61,291 nucleotides of DNA, taken from assembly GCA_023245415.1 (NCBI GenBank), contig JAHFKJ010000005.1, positions 7,535 through 68,825 on the forward strand, in the 5' to 3' direction. The position numbers were made by a program, and so were the translations under genes. Shown piece by piece: positions 38,335 to 48,220 of this stretch. Below the pieces are notes generated by a model. The model was not told the origin of the DNA. It worked only from the letters and a program-made list of their open reading frames with translations, and did no database searches. This DNA is from Candidatus Gottesmanbacteria bacterium (GTDB lineage: Bacteria > Patescibacteriota > Microgenomatia > UBA10105). The first letter of the stretch is position 1. The number at the start of each line of letters is the position of its first letter.

Positions 38335-39243
38335 CTATACCATTTTCTTTATCTTTTCGCTCAAAAGTGTACCCAGGCTCAGAATTGATAATTTGGGAAA
38401 GCGATACCCCTCGGGTAAATAGATCGAATCGGATACATACACGTGATCGAGCGGACTATTTTGCAATATTTCGCGGGTACCATCGACAAAGTCCGCATGA
38501 GTAACGCAAGCTATCACTTTCTTAGCTCCTTGATCTTTGAGTGCATATGTTGCTTTTACAAGTGTTGAACCAGATGTAATCACATCATCGATTAAAACGG
38601 CGGTTTTACCCTTAGCATCTCCAATCAGACGCAAACTTTCTATCGTGTGCAATTTATCTAATGAACGCTTTTTTTCAATTAGCGTTAGCGGCGCACCCAA
38701 CATTTCCGCGAATTTTTGCGCCCTCTTTACGGCTCCGGCATCCGGGGCAACTACAACGATTTCCTCTTTATGAGACTTAAGTTTATCAACAAAGATACTT
38801 GCTCCATGTAAATGACTTATCGGTTTTTGGAAAAACCCACCCACTATATCACTGTGTAAATCTACTACAACAATTTTGTCAAATTCTACGGCTTCGATTA
38901 GTCGAGCCATAACTCGGGCCGATACACCCTCACCTTCACGATGGGACTTGTCTTGGCGGGCATAACCAAAGTAGGGAACCACGGCGATCATTTTACTACA
39001 GTCATTGGCTTTTAAGGCATCACCAATTAAACATAGTTCCACCAAATGAGAATCTACAGGATTGGATAATGAGGCTATGACGAGCACTGTTTTGTTAATT
39101 ACCGATTCTTCGATGCGTACACGTTTTTCACTATCGGCAAATGTCACAATCTCCATTTTTCCTAAACTTTTTTTAAGAAGTTTTGCTGTCTCGATGGCTA
39201 ATACGCGGTTGGCGCTACCTGAAAAAAGCAAATAATTTTTCAT
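38335..39243 (-). CDS. prs: Ribose-phosphate pyrophosphokinase
   Basis: PYFGYARQD, DLHS, PDAG, DDVITSGST. Confidence 0.97.
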   Translation of the reverse strand: MKNYLLFSGSANRVLAIETAKLLKKSLGKMEIVTFADSEKRVRIEESVINKTVLVIASLSNPVDSHLVELCLIGDALKANDCSKMIAVVPYFGYARQDKSHREGEGVSARVMARLIEAVEFDKIVVVDLHSDIVGGFFQKPISHLHGASIFVDKLKSHKEEIVVVAPDAGAVKRAQKFAEMLGAPLTLIEKKRSLDKLHTIESLRLIGDAKGKTAVLIDDVITSGSTLVKATYALKDQGAKKVIACVTHADFVDGTREILQNSPLDHVYVSDSIYLPEGYRFPKLSILSLGTLLSEKIKKMV

Positions 39244-39250
39244 ATAATCC

Positions 39251-39283
39251 CACCCCCGGGGGGTGTCAGCTTGACACCTAAGG
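39251..39283. repeat. Palindrome family B
   Basis: CACCCCCGGGGGGTGTCAGCTTGACACCTAAGG. Confidence 0.7.
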
Positions 39284-39302
39284 ATTCTACACTACTTGAT
39301 TA

Positions 39303-40454
39303 TTATTTTTGTAAAAAAAAGTTCGCTAGTCTATCTAAACCTTCATCAAGTATTTGATCATCAACAGCGTACGAAATCCGTATATGTCCTTCACCAGTTT
39401 TTCCAAATGCAACTCCGGGAACTACAGCGACATTTACTGTTTTTAGAATCTTTTCACTTATTTCCTCTGATGACCGGGAATTTTGAAGTTTGGGAAATAT
39501 ATAGTAAGCACCTTGAGGTTTTGCAAAGGTTAAAAAATTGGTTAAAGTGTCTAATTTTTTACAAATCACTTCGCGCCTTCTTTGTAAAATATGCTGGTAC
39601 TTACTAACAATCTCCTGCGGACCCGAAATAGCAGCTAGAGCAGCCCGTTGAGATATTTTGGCTACACATCCGACTAAAGCGTCATGAGTCCGGGAGATGA
39701 GCTTAACTGTTTCTGGCCTGGCAACAATATATCCCACCCGCCATCCGGTCATCGCATATTCTTTCGAAAATGAACGAATTGTGATCAATCGCTGGCACTT
39801 TTCATAAAATTTCAATAAACTTGTAAATTTCATGTCATCATATGTCAAAAACGAATAGGTTTCGTCAACCAGCAGCCAAAAACCATACTGAGTGGATAGA
39901 TTTACCAGTTCCCGCAACTGCTCATGTGTAAGTACCGCGCCTGTCGGATTACTGGGGTTCGTGACAATAAGAGCTTTGAGGCCGATTTTCGCTGCTGCCT
40001 GCACATTCTCCACATCCAACTGCCACACATCATTTTCTCGCATCGGGATCTCAACTACTTCGCCTTTTGTAAGGAGGGCTGCTGGAAAATGATTGCAGTA
40101 ATCAGGTGTTATTATGCCGATTTTTTCTCCCGGGTTTATTAAGGATAAGATACTTGAAGCTACCGCCTCCATTGCTCCAACTGTAATCAATATCTGATTA
40201 ACACTCGTAGGTTTTCCGAGTTCTTTCGTAAATTTATCTGCGATTTTCTGACGCAGATCGTTATCGCCTAAAAAATTGGGGTAAACTCCAATATCTTTTT
40301 CATCCAAAGCTTGACGGGCTGCTTCGCGAATGTGCTCGGCTGTAGGGAAGGAAGGTATTCCTTGACCAAAGTTAATACCGTCTTGTTCTTTAACTCGAAT
40401 GGAGAGTTTTTTTATGATAGAGTCAGGTAAATTTTGCGCAAATATATTTGACAT
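39303..40454 (-). CDS. PLP-dependent aminotransferase, class I/II
   Basis: NPSNPTG, DETY, SFSKEYAMTGWRVG. Confidence 0.95.
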   Translation of the reverse strand: MSNIFAQNLPDSIIKKLSIRVKEQDGINFGQGIPSFPTAEHIREAARQALDEKDIGVYPNFLGDNDLRQKIADKFTKELGKPTSVNQILITVGAMEAVASSILSLINPGEKIGIITPDYCNHFPAALLTKGEVVEIPMRENDVWQLDVENVQAAAKIGLKALIVTNPSNPTGAVLTHEQLRELVNLSTQYGFWLLVDETYSFLTYDDMKFTSLLKFYEKCQRLITIRSFSKEYAMTGWRVGYIVARPETVKLISRTHDALVGCVAKISQRAALAAISGPQEIVSKYQHILQRRREVICKKLDTLTNFLTFAKPQGAYYIFPKLQNSRSSEEISEKILKTVNVAVVPGVAFGKTGEGHIRISYAVDDQILDEGLDRLANFFLQK

Positions 40455-40511
40455 AAAACCAAAAAAACTTGATAGTATACGAATCAAGCGTAAGAATAAC
40501 AGAAGATGTAG

Positions 40512-41297
40512 TTATTCTTTTTGAATCACAAATTCATCCTCAATATGCGGCTTGCCGAATTCTTTCCAGGCTGAAAGTCCACGTAAAAAGATTTCCATGA
40601 ACCGATCTTCCCCGCCTGATGATCCGGGAGCAAATGCCAGTTCACCTTCACGCACATTAAATGAACCGTCAGTATAGAACGCGGTCCGTTTCATTCCGTT
40701 TAAAGTCACGAGCAAAGCCTGTCCCACTTTATAACGACACTGGGAGACACGGACTGTTGATTTCAAATTGCCATAACCATCAATCCAGGCAATTCGATGT
40801 TGGGGGGTATCAGGAATTGAATTAATATCCAATTCATCTCCTAAAAAACCGGATTTTTTCTGAGCCAAACCCACGACTGCTTCAGGATAAAAATCACGCG
40901 AGCGAAATTGTGAACCTTTATTAGCCACATTTACCACCCGAAACGATTTTGTGTATGGTTTTACGAACGAAAAACAATAACCCGCATTCACGCCAATTAT
41001 TTCTATACCGTTTCCTAGCTTTGTATAAACCAAGCGTTCGCCCTCATTTTTCTGACGTATTTCTTTGTTGTCCTTTCGTGGTGCGGTATTGGTGTAAATC
41101 ACCATTCCCCCAACCTCATTAACTTGAGCTAGTTGTGCGGTCCAGAAACCAGTGGCAAGTGTGGAGAATTTCGGGACACTGGTGCAAAAAACTTCGCACT
41201 CTGGATCAAGTAGTTTTAACTTCTGCACCACTTCTGCAAACGCTGGGTCACCGACACCATAATCAGCAATCAGTTGGATAAATAGTTTTTTAGACAT
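40512..41297 (-). CDS. SAM hydroxide adenosyltransferase/halogenase-like protein (DUF62, divergent)
   Basis: ADYG..D, FRSRDFY (cf. FHGRDIF), IDGYGN (cf. IDHFGN). Confidence 0.72.
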   Translation of the reverse strand: MSKKLFIQLIADYGVGDPAFAEVVQKLKLLDPECEVFCTSVPKFSTLATGFWTAQLAQVNEVGGMVIYTNTAPRKDNKEIRQKNEGERLVYTKLGNGIEIIGVNAGYCFSFVKPYTKSFRVVNVANKGSQFRSRDFYPEAVVGLAQKKSGFLGDELDINSIPDTPQHRIAWIDGYGNLKSTVRVSQCRYKVGQALLVTLNGMKRTAFYTDGSFNVREGELAFAPGSSGGEDRFMEIFLRGLSAWKEFGKPHIEDEFVIQKE

Positions 41298-41332
41298 GAA
41301 ACGATTTTTTATCAAGAGAAGTCAGTAGTATT

Positions 41333-42691
41333 TTACGTATAATGTTCAATTAAATCAATCCGTGAAATCACGCCAAGCGGTTTATTTCTATTGTCAATAA
41401 CCACTACAAAATTTTCTTTCGTCAATAATCCAGACACATGTTCCACAGATTCATCACGTAAAACTGTAGTTACGTAAGAGTCAACTAATGCTGAAATATG
41501 ATTAGTTGGACCAATACTTTTATCATACAGTCCTGTTAAAAGTACTCGTTCAGTAATTTTACCTAGAAGTCTATTTTTATCAATTACTGGTAATTGGGAA
41601 ATTTCATGTTTTTTCATGAGATCTATGGCGGCCTTAACTGTATCTTTCGTTGAAATATAATATAATCTCTGTGTTTTACGTTTATCCAATAAATCTCCGA
41701 TTGTCATGCCTAATCCTCCCACGGGTAAAAAACCATTTTGTCTCATCCAATCATCGTTGTACATCTTGGATAAATAAGACTTGCCGCTATCAGGAAATAT
41801 AACTACCACTAATCCAGATCGAAGCGTTCTTATTACTTTAAGTGCTGCCCAGAGTACCATACCGCTTGATCCTCCTGTCAATAATCCTTCTTCTCTAGCC
41901 AAACTCCGAGCGGTCAAAAAACAATCTTTATCTTCTACCTGAATCACTTCGTCAATATAGTTAAAATCAATTGTTGAAGGTATAAAATCTTCACCAACAC
42001 CTTCGACTTTGTACGTTTTCATGAGCGCTGGAAATTTTCCCGATAGTTTGTATTCATAAAAAACTGAACCAACCGGATCTACTCCTATAATTTTTACTTT
42101 AGGGTTTTTCTCTTTCAAAAATTTTGCTACGCCGGTAATCGTTCCACCAGTACCCATACCAACTACCAAATGCGTAATCTTTCCCTCCGTTTGTTCCCAG
42201 ATTTCCTGTCCTGTAGTTTGATAATGAATTTCGGGATTAGCCGGATTGTGATATTGGTCAGGTTTATACGCACCTTGTATTTCTTTGGCAAGTCGGTCTG
42301 ATACTTTGTAGTAACTGCGCTCATCCTGAGCCATTACGGCTGTAGGTGTAATCACCACTTTTGCACCATATGCCCGCAATAAATTGCGTTTTTCGTCGCT
42401 CATTTTATCCGGCATTACAAATATGGATTTGTAACCGCGGATAGCTGCAACCATAGCCAACCCGACGCCGGTATTACCTGAAGTTGGTTCAACTATTGTT
42501 CCGCCTGTTTTTAACTTTCCTTGCTTTTCCGCTTGATCTATCATCGCCACCCCGATCCGATCTTTTACTGATCCACCAGGATTTAGATATTCCAGTTTCG
42601 CCAATAATATCACCTTCGGATTTGGGTTGAGCTTATTTATTTTAACAAGGGGTGTGTGACCCACGAGATCTAAAACAGAATTGTAGTACAT
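41333..42691 (-). CDS. cbs: Cystathionine beta-synthase with tandem CBS domains
   Basis: NPGGSVKDR, PTSGNTG, GMGTGGT, PDSG..YLSK.YND.W, C-terminal CBS pair. Confidence 0.92.
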   Translation of the reverse strand: MYYNSVLDLVGHTPLVKINKLNPNPKVILLAKLEYLNPGGSVKDRIGVAMIDQAEKQGKLKTGGTIVEPTSGNTGVGLAMVAAIRGYKSIFVMPDKMSDEKRNLLRAYGAKVVITPTAVMAQDERSYYKVSDRLAKEIQGAYKPDQYHNPANPEIHYQTTGQEIWEQTEGKITHLVVGMGTGGTITGVAKFLKEKNPKVKIIGVDPVGSVFYEYKLSGKFPALMKTYKVEGVGEDFIPSTIDFNYIDEVIQVEDKDCFLTARSLAREEGLLTGGSSGMVLWAALKVIRTLRSGLVVVIFPDSGKSYLSKMYNDDWMRQNGFLPVGGLGMTIGDLLDKRKTQRLYYISTKDTVKAAIDLMKKHEISQLPVIDKNRLLGKITERVLLTGLYDKSIGPTNHISALVDSYVTTVLRDESVEHVSGLLTKENFVVVIDNRNKPLGVISRIDLIEHYT

Positions 42692-42886
42692 AAAGAATGC
42701 CCGTGAGTATAAGTCAGATCATAATTTTTGTCAAAACTCTTAATTCCTTACAGGATTATCTTCTTCAAGCGGCTATTGGGAAAAACTGAAATCACTCTGT
42801 TTTCAGTATTGACTACCGGTATATTTGTATTAGAATTTGTTTTTCAGGAAAACTATTGTACAACAGGTTTAAAATAAAAATAAACA

Positions 42887-43942
42887 ATGGCAAATATCAG
42901 AGAACTATTAAAACGTCCTGGACCAGTAATCTTTGATGGTGCAACCGGCACAGCTCTCGCCCCTTTTATTAAGGAGGCGGGATCTCCATCTTGTTTATTA
43001 AATTTAACCGATGATGGAAGAGAAAAAGTCATGGCTCATTACGAAAATTGGGTTGAATCAGGTTCCAAAGCATTTCTCACCAATACTTTTAATGCAAATA
43101 GTTGGCGCTTGAAATTAGCAAATATGAACGACCCAAATACATTATGGGAAGCGAATTATAATGCTGCCAAAGATGCCGTTACCGTTGCCGGAATAGAACA
43201 TTGTGCCGTAGGTGATATCGGCCCATCCGGTTTACAAGTAAGAGAAGACATGGAGGAAAAACTTCTTGTAGCTTCTGCAAGACGACAAAACATACATACA
43301 GATAAAATTTCTAACCTTAATGAATATCCAACAGCTGAAAGTTTAATACCAGGCTTTAAACTTCAAGCTTCAGCGCTTATTGAAGGTGGAGTTCGAGATA
43401 TTCTTATTGAAACTATGTCTTCTATTCATGAACTCGGAGCCGCAAATAGAGCAGTACACCTTGCTATTAATGATCTAAAACTAAATAATAAACTGAGTCC
43501 TGACGAACAAGTCTCAATTATGGCTACAATGTCATTTGACGCCGGAAATGCTTTACGTCCATCGACTTTTAATGGTAATACTCCGATTGATTTTATAGAT
43601 GCAACTTATAGCTTAGGTTTTGTCGCTCGAGGAGCTAACTGTGGTAATAATGCCTATGGTCTACATCAAATACTATTAATACTTAGAGACCTCCAAAAAA
43701 TAAATCCAACAGATAAGCCTAAACGGATAATGCCAGATCTAGGTCCAGAATTCTTTATTATAAAGCCGAATGCCGGAAAACCGGAAATGACAGCATCTGG
43801 TCCGACTTATACAATTAGTCCAAAAGAAATGGCTACTATCGCTGTTATGACATGGGAAGCTGGTGCAAAAATTATTGGCGGTTGCTGCGGAACAACTTAC
43901 GCTGATATTGCAGCAATGGCAAATGCCTTAGCAAAAAGATAA
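42887..43942 (+). CDS. Homocysteine S-methyltransferase family protein (stand-alone Hcy-binding domain)
   Basis: DGATGT, TNTF, IETM, GANC, PNAG, GGCCGT. Confidence 0.9.
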   Translation: MANIRELLKRPGPVIFDGATGTALAPFIKEAGSPSCLLNLTDDGREKVMAHYENWVESGSKAFLTNTFNANSWRLKLANMNDPNTLWEANYNAAKDAVTVAGIEHCAVGDIGPSGLQVREDMEEKLLVASARRQNIHTDKISNLNEYPTAESLIPGFKLQASALIEGGVRDILIETMSSIHELGAANRAVHLAINDLKLNNKLSPDEQVSIMATMSFDAGNALRPSTFNGNTPIDFIDATYSLGFVARGANCGNNAYGLHQILLILRDLQKINPTDKPKRIMPDLGPEFFIIKPNAGKPEMTASGPTYTISPKEMATIAVMTWEAGAKIIGGCCGTTYADIAAMANALAKR

Positions 43943-44007
43943 AGATAAATCATTTTTCTTTACACCTATTCTTTCATTTAAGCTAAAGCTCCCACCGGAG
44001 ATGCTTG

Positions 44008-44024
44008 TCCGCCTTTGGCGGAGA
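44008..44024. repeat. Palindrome TCCGCCTTTGGCGGA (family D)
   Basis: Inverted near-copy at 49608-49627. Confidence 0.6.
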
Positions 44025-44048
44025 TTAGTTTGACACCTAGTGTTTTGA

Positions 44049-45314
44049 TTACGTCCCTTCCTGCCAGCTGTGGAGGTATTTGCGTTGTACGGGAGTCAAT
44101 CGATCGAAACGCATCCCCATTGCCCGCAGTTTTAGTCGCGCGACCCGCTGATCAATATCTTTGGGCAAAACGTAAACTTTGGATTTTAATGTACCTTTGC
44201 GCTTGACAAACCAGGCTGCCGCCAATGCCTGATTGGCGAAACTCATGTCCATGACTTCTGCCGGATGACCTTCAGCGCCGACTAAATTTATGAGTCTTCC
44301 CTCACCCAAAGCATAAAGTCTGCGTCCGCTTGCTAAAGTAAATTCTTCAAGATTATTGCGTAGCACGCGCCGCTTTTTCGCACACTTTACTAAACCCTCA
44401 TAATCAAATTCAACATTAAAGTGTCCGGAATTAGCCAAAATCGCGCCATCCTTCATCCGCTTCATATGGGTTGTAGATATAATTTCTTTATCTCCGGTTG
44501 CACTCACAAACACATCACCATATCTGGAGGCCCGGCTAATCTGGTCGACATTAAATCCATCCATCGCTGCCTCTAAAGCTTTCACCGGATCTACCTCGAT
44601 AACTGTCACAATTGCCCCCATTCCCCGCATTCGAGAAGCAATACCTCTGGCACACCACCCATATCCGCAGACAATAACACGTTTTCCAGCAAGTAAAATA
44701 TTAGTTGAACGCAAAATACCATCTACGGTGGACTGGCCCGTACCATAACGGTTATCAAACATATGCTTGGTATCGCTATCATTTACGGCCAATACCGGTA
44801 ATTTCAACGCCCCATCTTTGGCCATGGCTTTGAGCCGGATGACGCCTGTCGTTGTTTCTTCAGCACTTCCCAAAATTTCCGGAATCTGACTACTTCTTTC
44901 CCTATGCAAAAGTGTCACCAGATCGGCCCCATCATCAGTGGTTAACTGCGGATGAAAATCCAACACTTTATTTAAATGCTGGTAATAAGTTTTTTTATCC
45001 TCGCCGTGAATGGCAAAAACCGGCACGTGATAATCTTCCACCAAAGATGCAGAGACACTATCCTGAGTTGACAAAGGATTACTCGCACATAACACCACTT
45101 TTGCTCCACCGGCAATATAGGCCAAAACCAGATTTGCCGTTTCACTGGTGACATGGAGACATGCGCCAATTGTTAACCCATTGAGAGGCTTCGTTTGGGC
45201 AAACTCCTGTGTGATCAACTTCATCACCGACATATTTTGTCCGGCCCATTCGATTTTTAATTTACCTGCTTCAGCAAGACTCAAATCTTTGACATCGTGA
45301 GATATTTTATTCAT
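44049..45314 (-). CDS. ahcY: Adenosylhomocysteinase
   Basis: CLHVT.ETA, DDGAD, EETTTG, FDNRYGTGQS, GHPAEVMDMSF. Confidence 0.98.
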   Translation of the reverse strand: MNKISHDVKDLSLAEAGKLKIEWAGQNMSVMKLITQEFAQTKPLNGLTIGACLHVTSETANLVLAYIAGGAKVVLCASNPLSTQDSVSASLVEDYHVPVFAIHGEDKKTYYQHLNKVLDFHPQLTTDDGADLVTLLHRERSSQIPEILGSAEETTTGVIRLKAMAKDGALKLPVLAVNDSDTKHMFDNRYGTGQSTVDGILRSTNILLAGKRVIVCGYGWCARGIASRMRGMGAIVTVIEVDPVKALEAAMDGFNVDQISRASRYGDVFVSATGDKEIISTTHMKRMKDGAILANSGHFNVEFDYEGLVKCAKKRRVLRNNLEEFTLASGRRLYALGEGRLINLVGAEGHPAEVMDMSFANQALAAAWFVKRKGTLKSKVYVLPKDIDQRVARLKLRAMGMRFDRLTPVQRKYLHSWQEGT

Positions 45315-45541
45315 ACCTATACTCCTATTTAGCAGAAATTTTTTAAATTATACAATTTCCAAGATTTTGTCCAAAGCATTAATAGATAAATTCATGGAAA
45401 AAAAACACTCAGGACAAATATATTTATTTTATTGATATAATCGAAAAATACTGACCTGTCAAATCAATCTGTAAAAGTTTTCTCAAGGAAGGCAATTTGA
45501 AAAGAAGTAAAAATTGAATTCTTTCGCCTTGGAAAAACGTT

Positions 45542-46096
45542 TTAAACGAGTGATAGGTGCATTAAGACCTGTCCAATATATTTTCCTTTGTATAAAATCC
45601 CTCCGGGACGTTCGCCTGTCAATTGAAACCCAACAGATTGGTACAATGCAATTGCCCGTTCATTTTCGGCAAAGACATCTAAAATCAGCAGCCGGTAACC
45701 CATCTTTTTTGCTTCATTTATTAAAAAATCGATTAATTGTCTGCCAATTCCCAAATTCCGATAGTCTTTGGCGACACTTATAGCCAATTCACCTACATGT
45801 AAAGCGCGGGTGCGAAATCGGGTAATTCGATGTACATCAGCGTTTGCAACAAGCTTTTGGTTTACAAAAACAAAGACGTGAATTCGATTACCGTTTTCAA
45901 TTTCTAAGAGGACTTGTTCTAAATATCTTTTTTCCTCATCCCGCGTCACTTTTTCGCCTGCCATGACTACATAGGTATCCTCTTGTGACAACTGGTTGGC
46001 ATACCGTTCTATCTCCTCTATATGCTCTCCTTGCGGACTGCGAAAAATGGCGGTTTCACCATTTCTTAAAACTATGGTTTTATATACTGATTCCAC
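45542..46096 (-). CDS. GNAT N-acetyltransferase
   Basis: YRNLGIG, N.RAIALY..VGF. Confidence 0.92.
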   Translation of the reverse strand: MESVYKTIVLRNGETAIFRSPQGEHIEEIERYANQLSQEDTYVVMAGEKVTRDEEKRYLEQVLLEIENGNRIHVFVFVNQKLVANADVHRITRFRTRALHVGELAISVAKDYRNLGIGRQLIDFLINEAKKMGYRLLILDVFAENERAIALYQSVGFQLTGERPGGILYKGKYIGQVLMHLSLV

Positions 46097-46097
46097 A

Positions 46098-46826
46098 TTA
46101 TGATTTTAATATAAAAGGCAATACCCGTGCATCTGCAAGATTTTGCACTACTAAGTCTGCTTTTGTTGCCATTAACTGTGCATGCGAATGACGTCCGGTA
46201 GCTACAGCGATGGTGTTTGCCTGAATATTTAATCCGCATGACACATCCTGAGGTGTGTCGCCAATTACGACTATTTGTTCAGGAGTAAAATCTATCCCAA
46301 AAAAATCTCTGGCACGAGAAAATGTCTGTTTTGCTAGTTCAATTCTATTTTCCGCCTCATTCCCGTATAAGCCAAATTCAAAGTGCTGATTTAATTTAAT
46401 AAGAGACATCTTATACTTGGCTATGGGACGAAAGTTTCCCGTTAATAATCCAAGATGGACTTGATTTGAAAGATGTGTAACTAAGTGAATTGCTTCGTTT
46501 AACAGCTCATAATAGTCATCTACATTCGAGATTGTGACTTTTTTAATATAATAATCACACATCACGTTATATATTTGATCAAATCTGGATCTGATAAATA
46601 ATTCATCCAAACCAATTTTTTTCCCGAGCTCTAAAATTATTTTACGATCAATATTGCCGGGAACAATACTCCAGTCAATAATTATTTCTTTGCCTAATAC
46701 TTTTTTAAAAGCGTGATCAAAATGTCCCACAGGTTTTTTGGATCGGATAAGCGTACCATCTATATCAAATAAAACTAGTTTTCTCTCTTTAGCTGATTTT
46801 AATTTTTTGGTGGTAATTTTCTTCAT
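46098..46826 (-). CDS. HAD family hydrolase
   Basis: LFDIDGTL, LTGN, IGDTPQD. Confidence 0.9.
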   Translation of the reverse strand: MKKITTKKLKSAKERKLVLFDIDGTLIRSKKPVGHFDHAFKKVLGKEIIIDWSIVPGNIDRKIILELGKKIGLDELFIRSRFDQIYNVMCDYYIKKVTISNVDDYYELLNEAIHLVTHLSNQVHLGLLTGNFRPIAKYKMSLIKLNQHFEFGLYGNEAENRIELAKQTFSRARDFFGIDFTPEQIVVIGDTPQDVSCGLNIQANTIAVATGRHSHAQLMATKADLVVQNLADARVLPFILKS

Positions 46827-47769
46827 AGCGGTTTTGAAAATCCTCTTTGGAAAATTTGTGGGTTTGCGTTCCGTATTTTTCGACGGTGTAAGCAGCTGCA
46901 ACCGATCCCATTTGACCGCATGTCACAAGATCAAGACCGCGGAGAAATCCTGCTAAAAATCCGGCGCGATAGGCATCTCCCGCACCGGTCGGATCTTGAG
47001 TGTTTGCTACTTTTGCTGGCTTAATTTTTAAAAACCCCGCCTTTCCTTTTCTTAATTTATGGGGAGGCGAGGACGGATTAAATTCAATTATCGATCCTTT
47101 ATTTCCTAAAGTAGTAACTACAATCGAAGTCAAATATACGAGTTTCTCGTGATTAATCTTAAGTTTTTTCTCGATCAAAGCAATTTCGTAATCATTACCG
47201 ATTAAAATCGCACAGTTTTTGATAGCTTCTAATAATTCATGGGGTGAAAAATGGTCGATTTGAAAAGCCGGATCATACATATATGGAGTATTCAATTTAT
47301 TACATTCATCGATTTGTTTAATCATCGCACTCGGATCATTGGGAGCAATCACTACAAAATCTATTTTTTCATCTATTGATTGAAGTTTAAGAACGGAATT
47401 TTGTTTCATTGCTCCTTCATAAAACGCTCCAATTTGGTTATCTTCTGTATCAGTGACCACAAAATAAGATCCAGTTACTTCACTTGCAATAACTTTTATA
47501 TAATTCGTGGATATCTTATTGCTCGAAAGGAACTTGAGGTACGGCGAAAAATCATTTCCGGCCGCAGAAAGAATCAGAGGATTCATGCCTAATAATTTTA
47601 ATGAGTAGGCAATATTTCCGGCAGTACCGCCAAACTGTTTCTTTAAACGGTTTACCAGAAAACTTAAGGATATTTTATGGATTTTGTGGGGCATGATCCG
47701 GTCTGCAATTTTACCTGGAAAATCCATAATATAGTCATAACCCAAAGAACCGGTAATGATAATATTCAT
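46789..47769 (-). CDS. PfkB family kinase (adenosine/nucleoside kinase-like)
   Basis: TGSLGYD.IMDFPG, GGTAGNIAY, DPTGAGDAYRAG. Confidence 0.9.
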   Translation of the reverse strand: MNIIITGSLGYDYIMDFPGKIADRIMPHKIHKISLSFLVNRLKKQFGGTAGNIAYSLKLLGMNPLILSAAGNDFSPYLKFLSSNKISTNYIKVIASEVTGSYFVVTDTEDNQIGAFYEGAMKQNSVLKLQSIDEKIDFVVIAPNDPSAMIKQIDECNKLNTPYMYDPAFQIDHFSPHELLEAIKNCAILIGNDYEIALIEKKLKINHEKLVYLTSIVVTTLGNKGSIIEFNPSSPPHKLRKGKAGFLKIKPAKVANTQDPTGAGDAYRAGFLAGFLRGLDLVTCGQMGSVAAAYTVEKYGTQTHKFSKEDFQNRYEENYHQKIKIS

Positions 47770-47823
47770 AAAAAATCAACTAATCATCTAATACTTCAAA
47801 AAATGAAAACTATTAGTTGATTG

Positions 47824-48102
47824 TCACTGTCCTATTCCCAGGCTCTGCGACATGGATGCGAGCTTATTGGCTGCTGCCTGTTGAGACTGGCGAATAGCAT
47901 CGTTTAAGGTTTCTACCAGTTCCGGAATATTTTGACCATCTATCATGACACTTTCTACCACCTGATTTCCGGTGATAACCACCGAAATTCTTCCTTGGGT
48001 TGAGGTGAATTTGAGTTGTCCCAATTCCTCTTGAATTTTTGCCGCTTGCTCCTGCATTTTCGCCGGATTCAAATTGGCCAAAGCTTTGAGTGGATTAAAC
48101 AT
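47824..48102 (-). CDS. ybaB: YbaB/EbfC nucleoid-associated protein
   Basis: Follows dnaX; QA.KIQEEL, ITGNQ. Confidence 0.85.
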   Translation of the reverse strand: MFNPLKALANLNPAKMQEQAAKIQEELGQLKFTSTQGRISVVITGNQVVESVMIDGQNIPELVETLNDAIRQSQQAAANKLASMSQSLGIGQ

Positions 48103-48220
48103 ATTTATTCCTTTCTTTTGAAAGATATTTTGATATTAAGATATTGAGATATTAAGAGTCATGTATCGAAATTATTTACTTGCTTAGTATCACAATATCT
48201 GAGTATCTTCGTATCGTTTT

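Noticed and set aside
45315..45541. SAM/SAH riboswitch upstream of ahcY (also checked upstream of cbs)
   Set aside because: AT-rich with no recognisable aptamer core; an Rfam scan would be decisive
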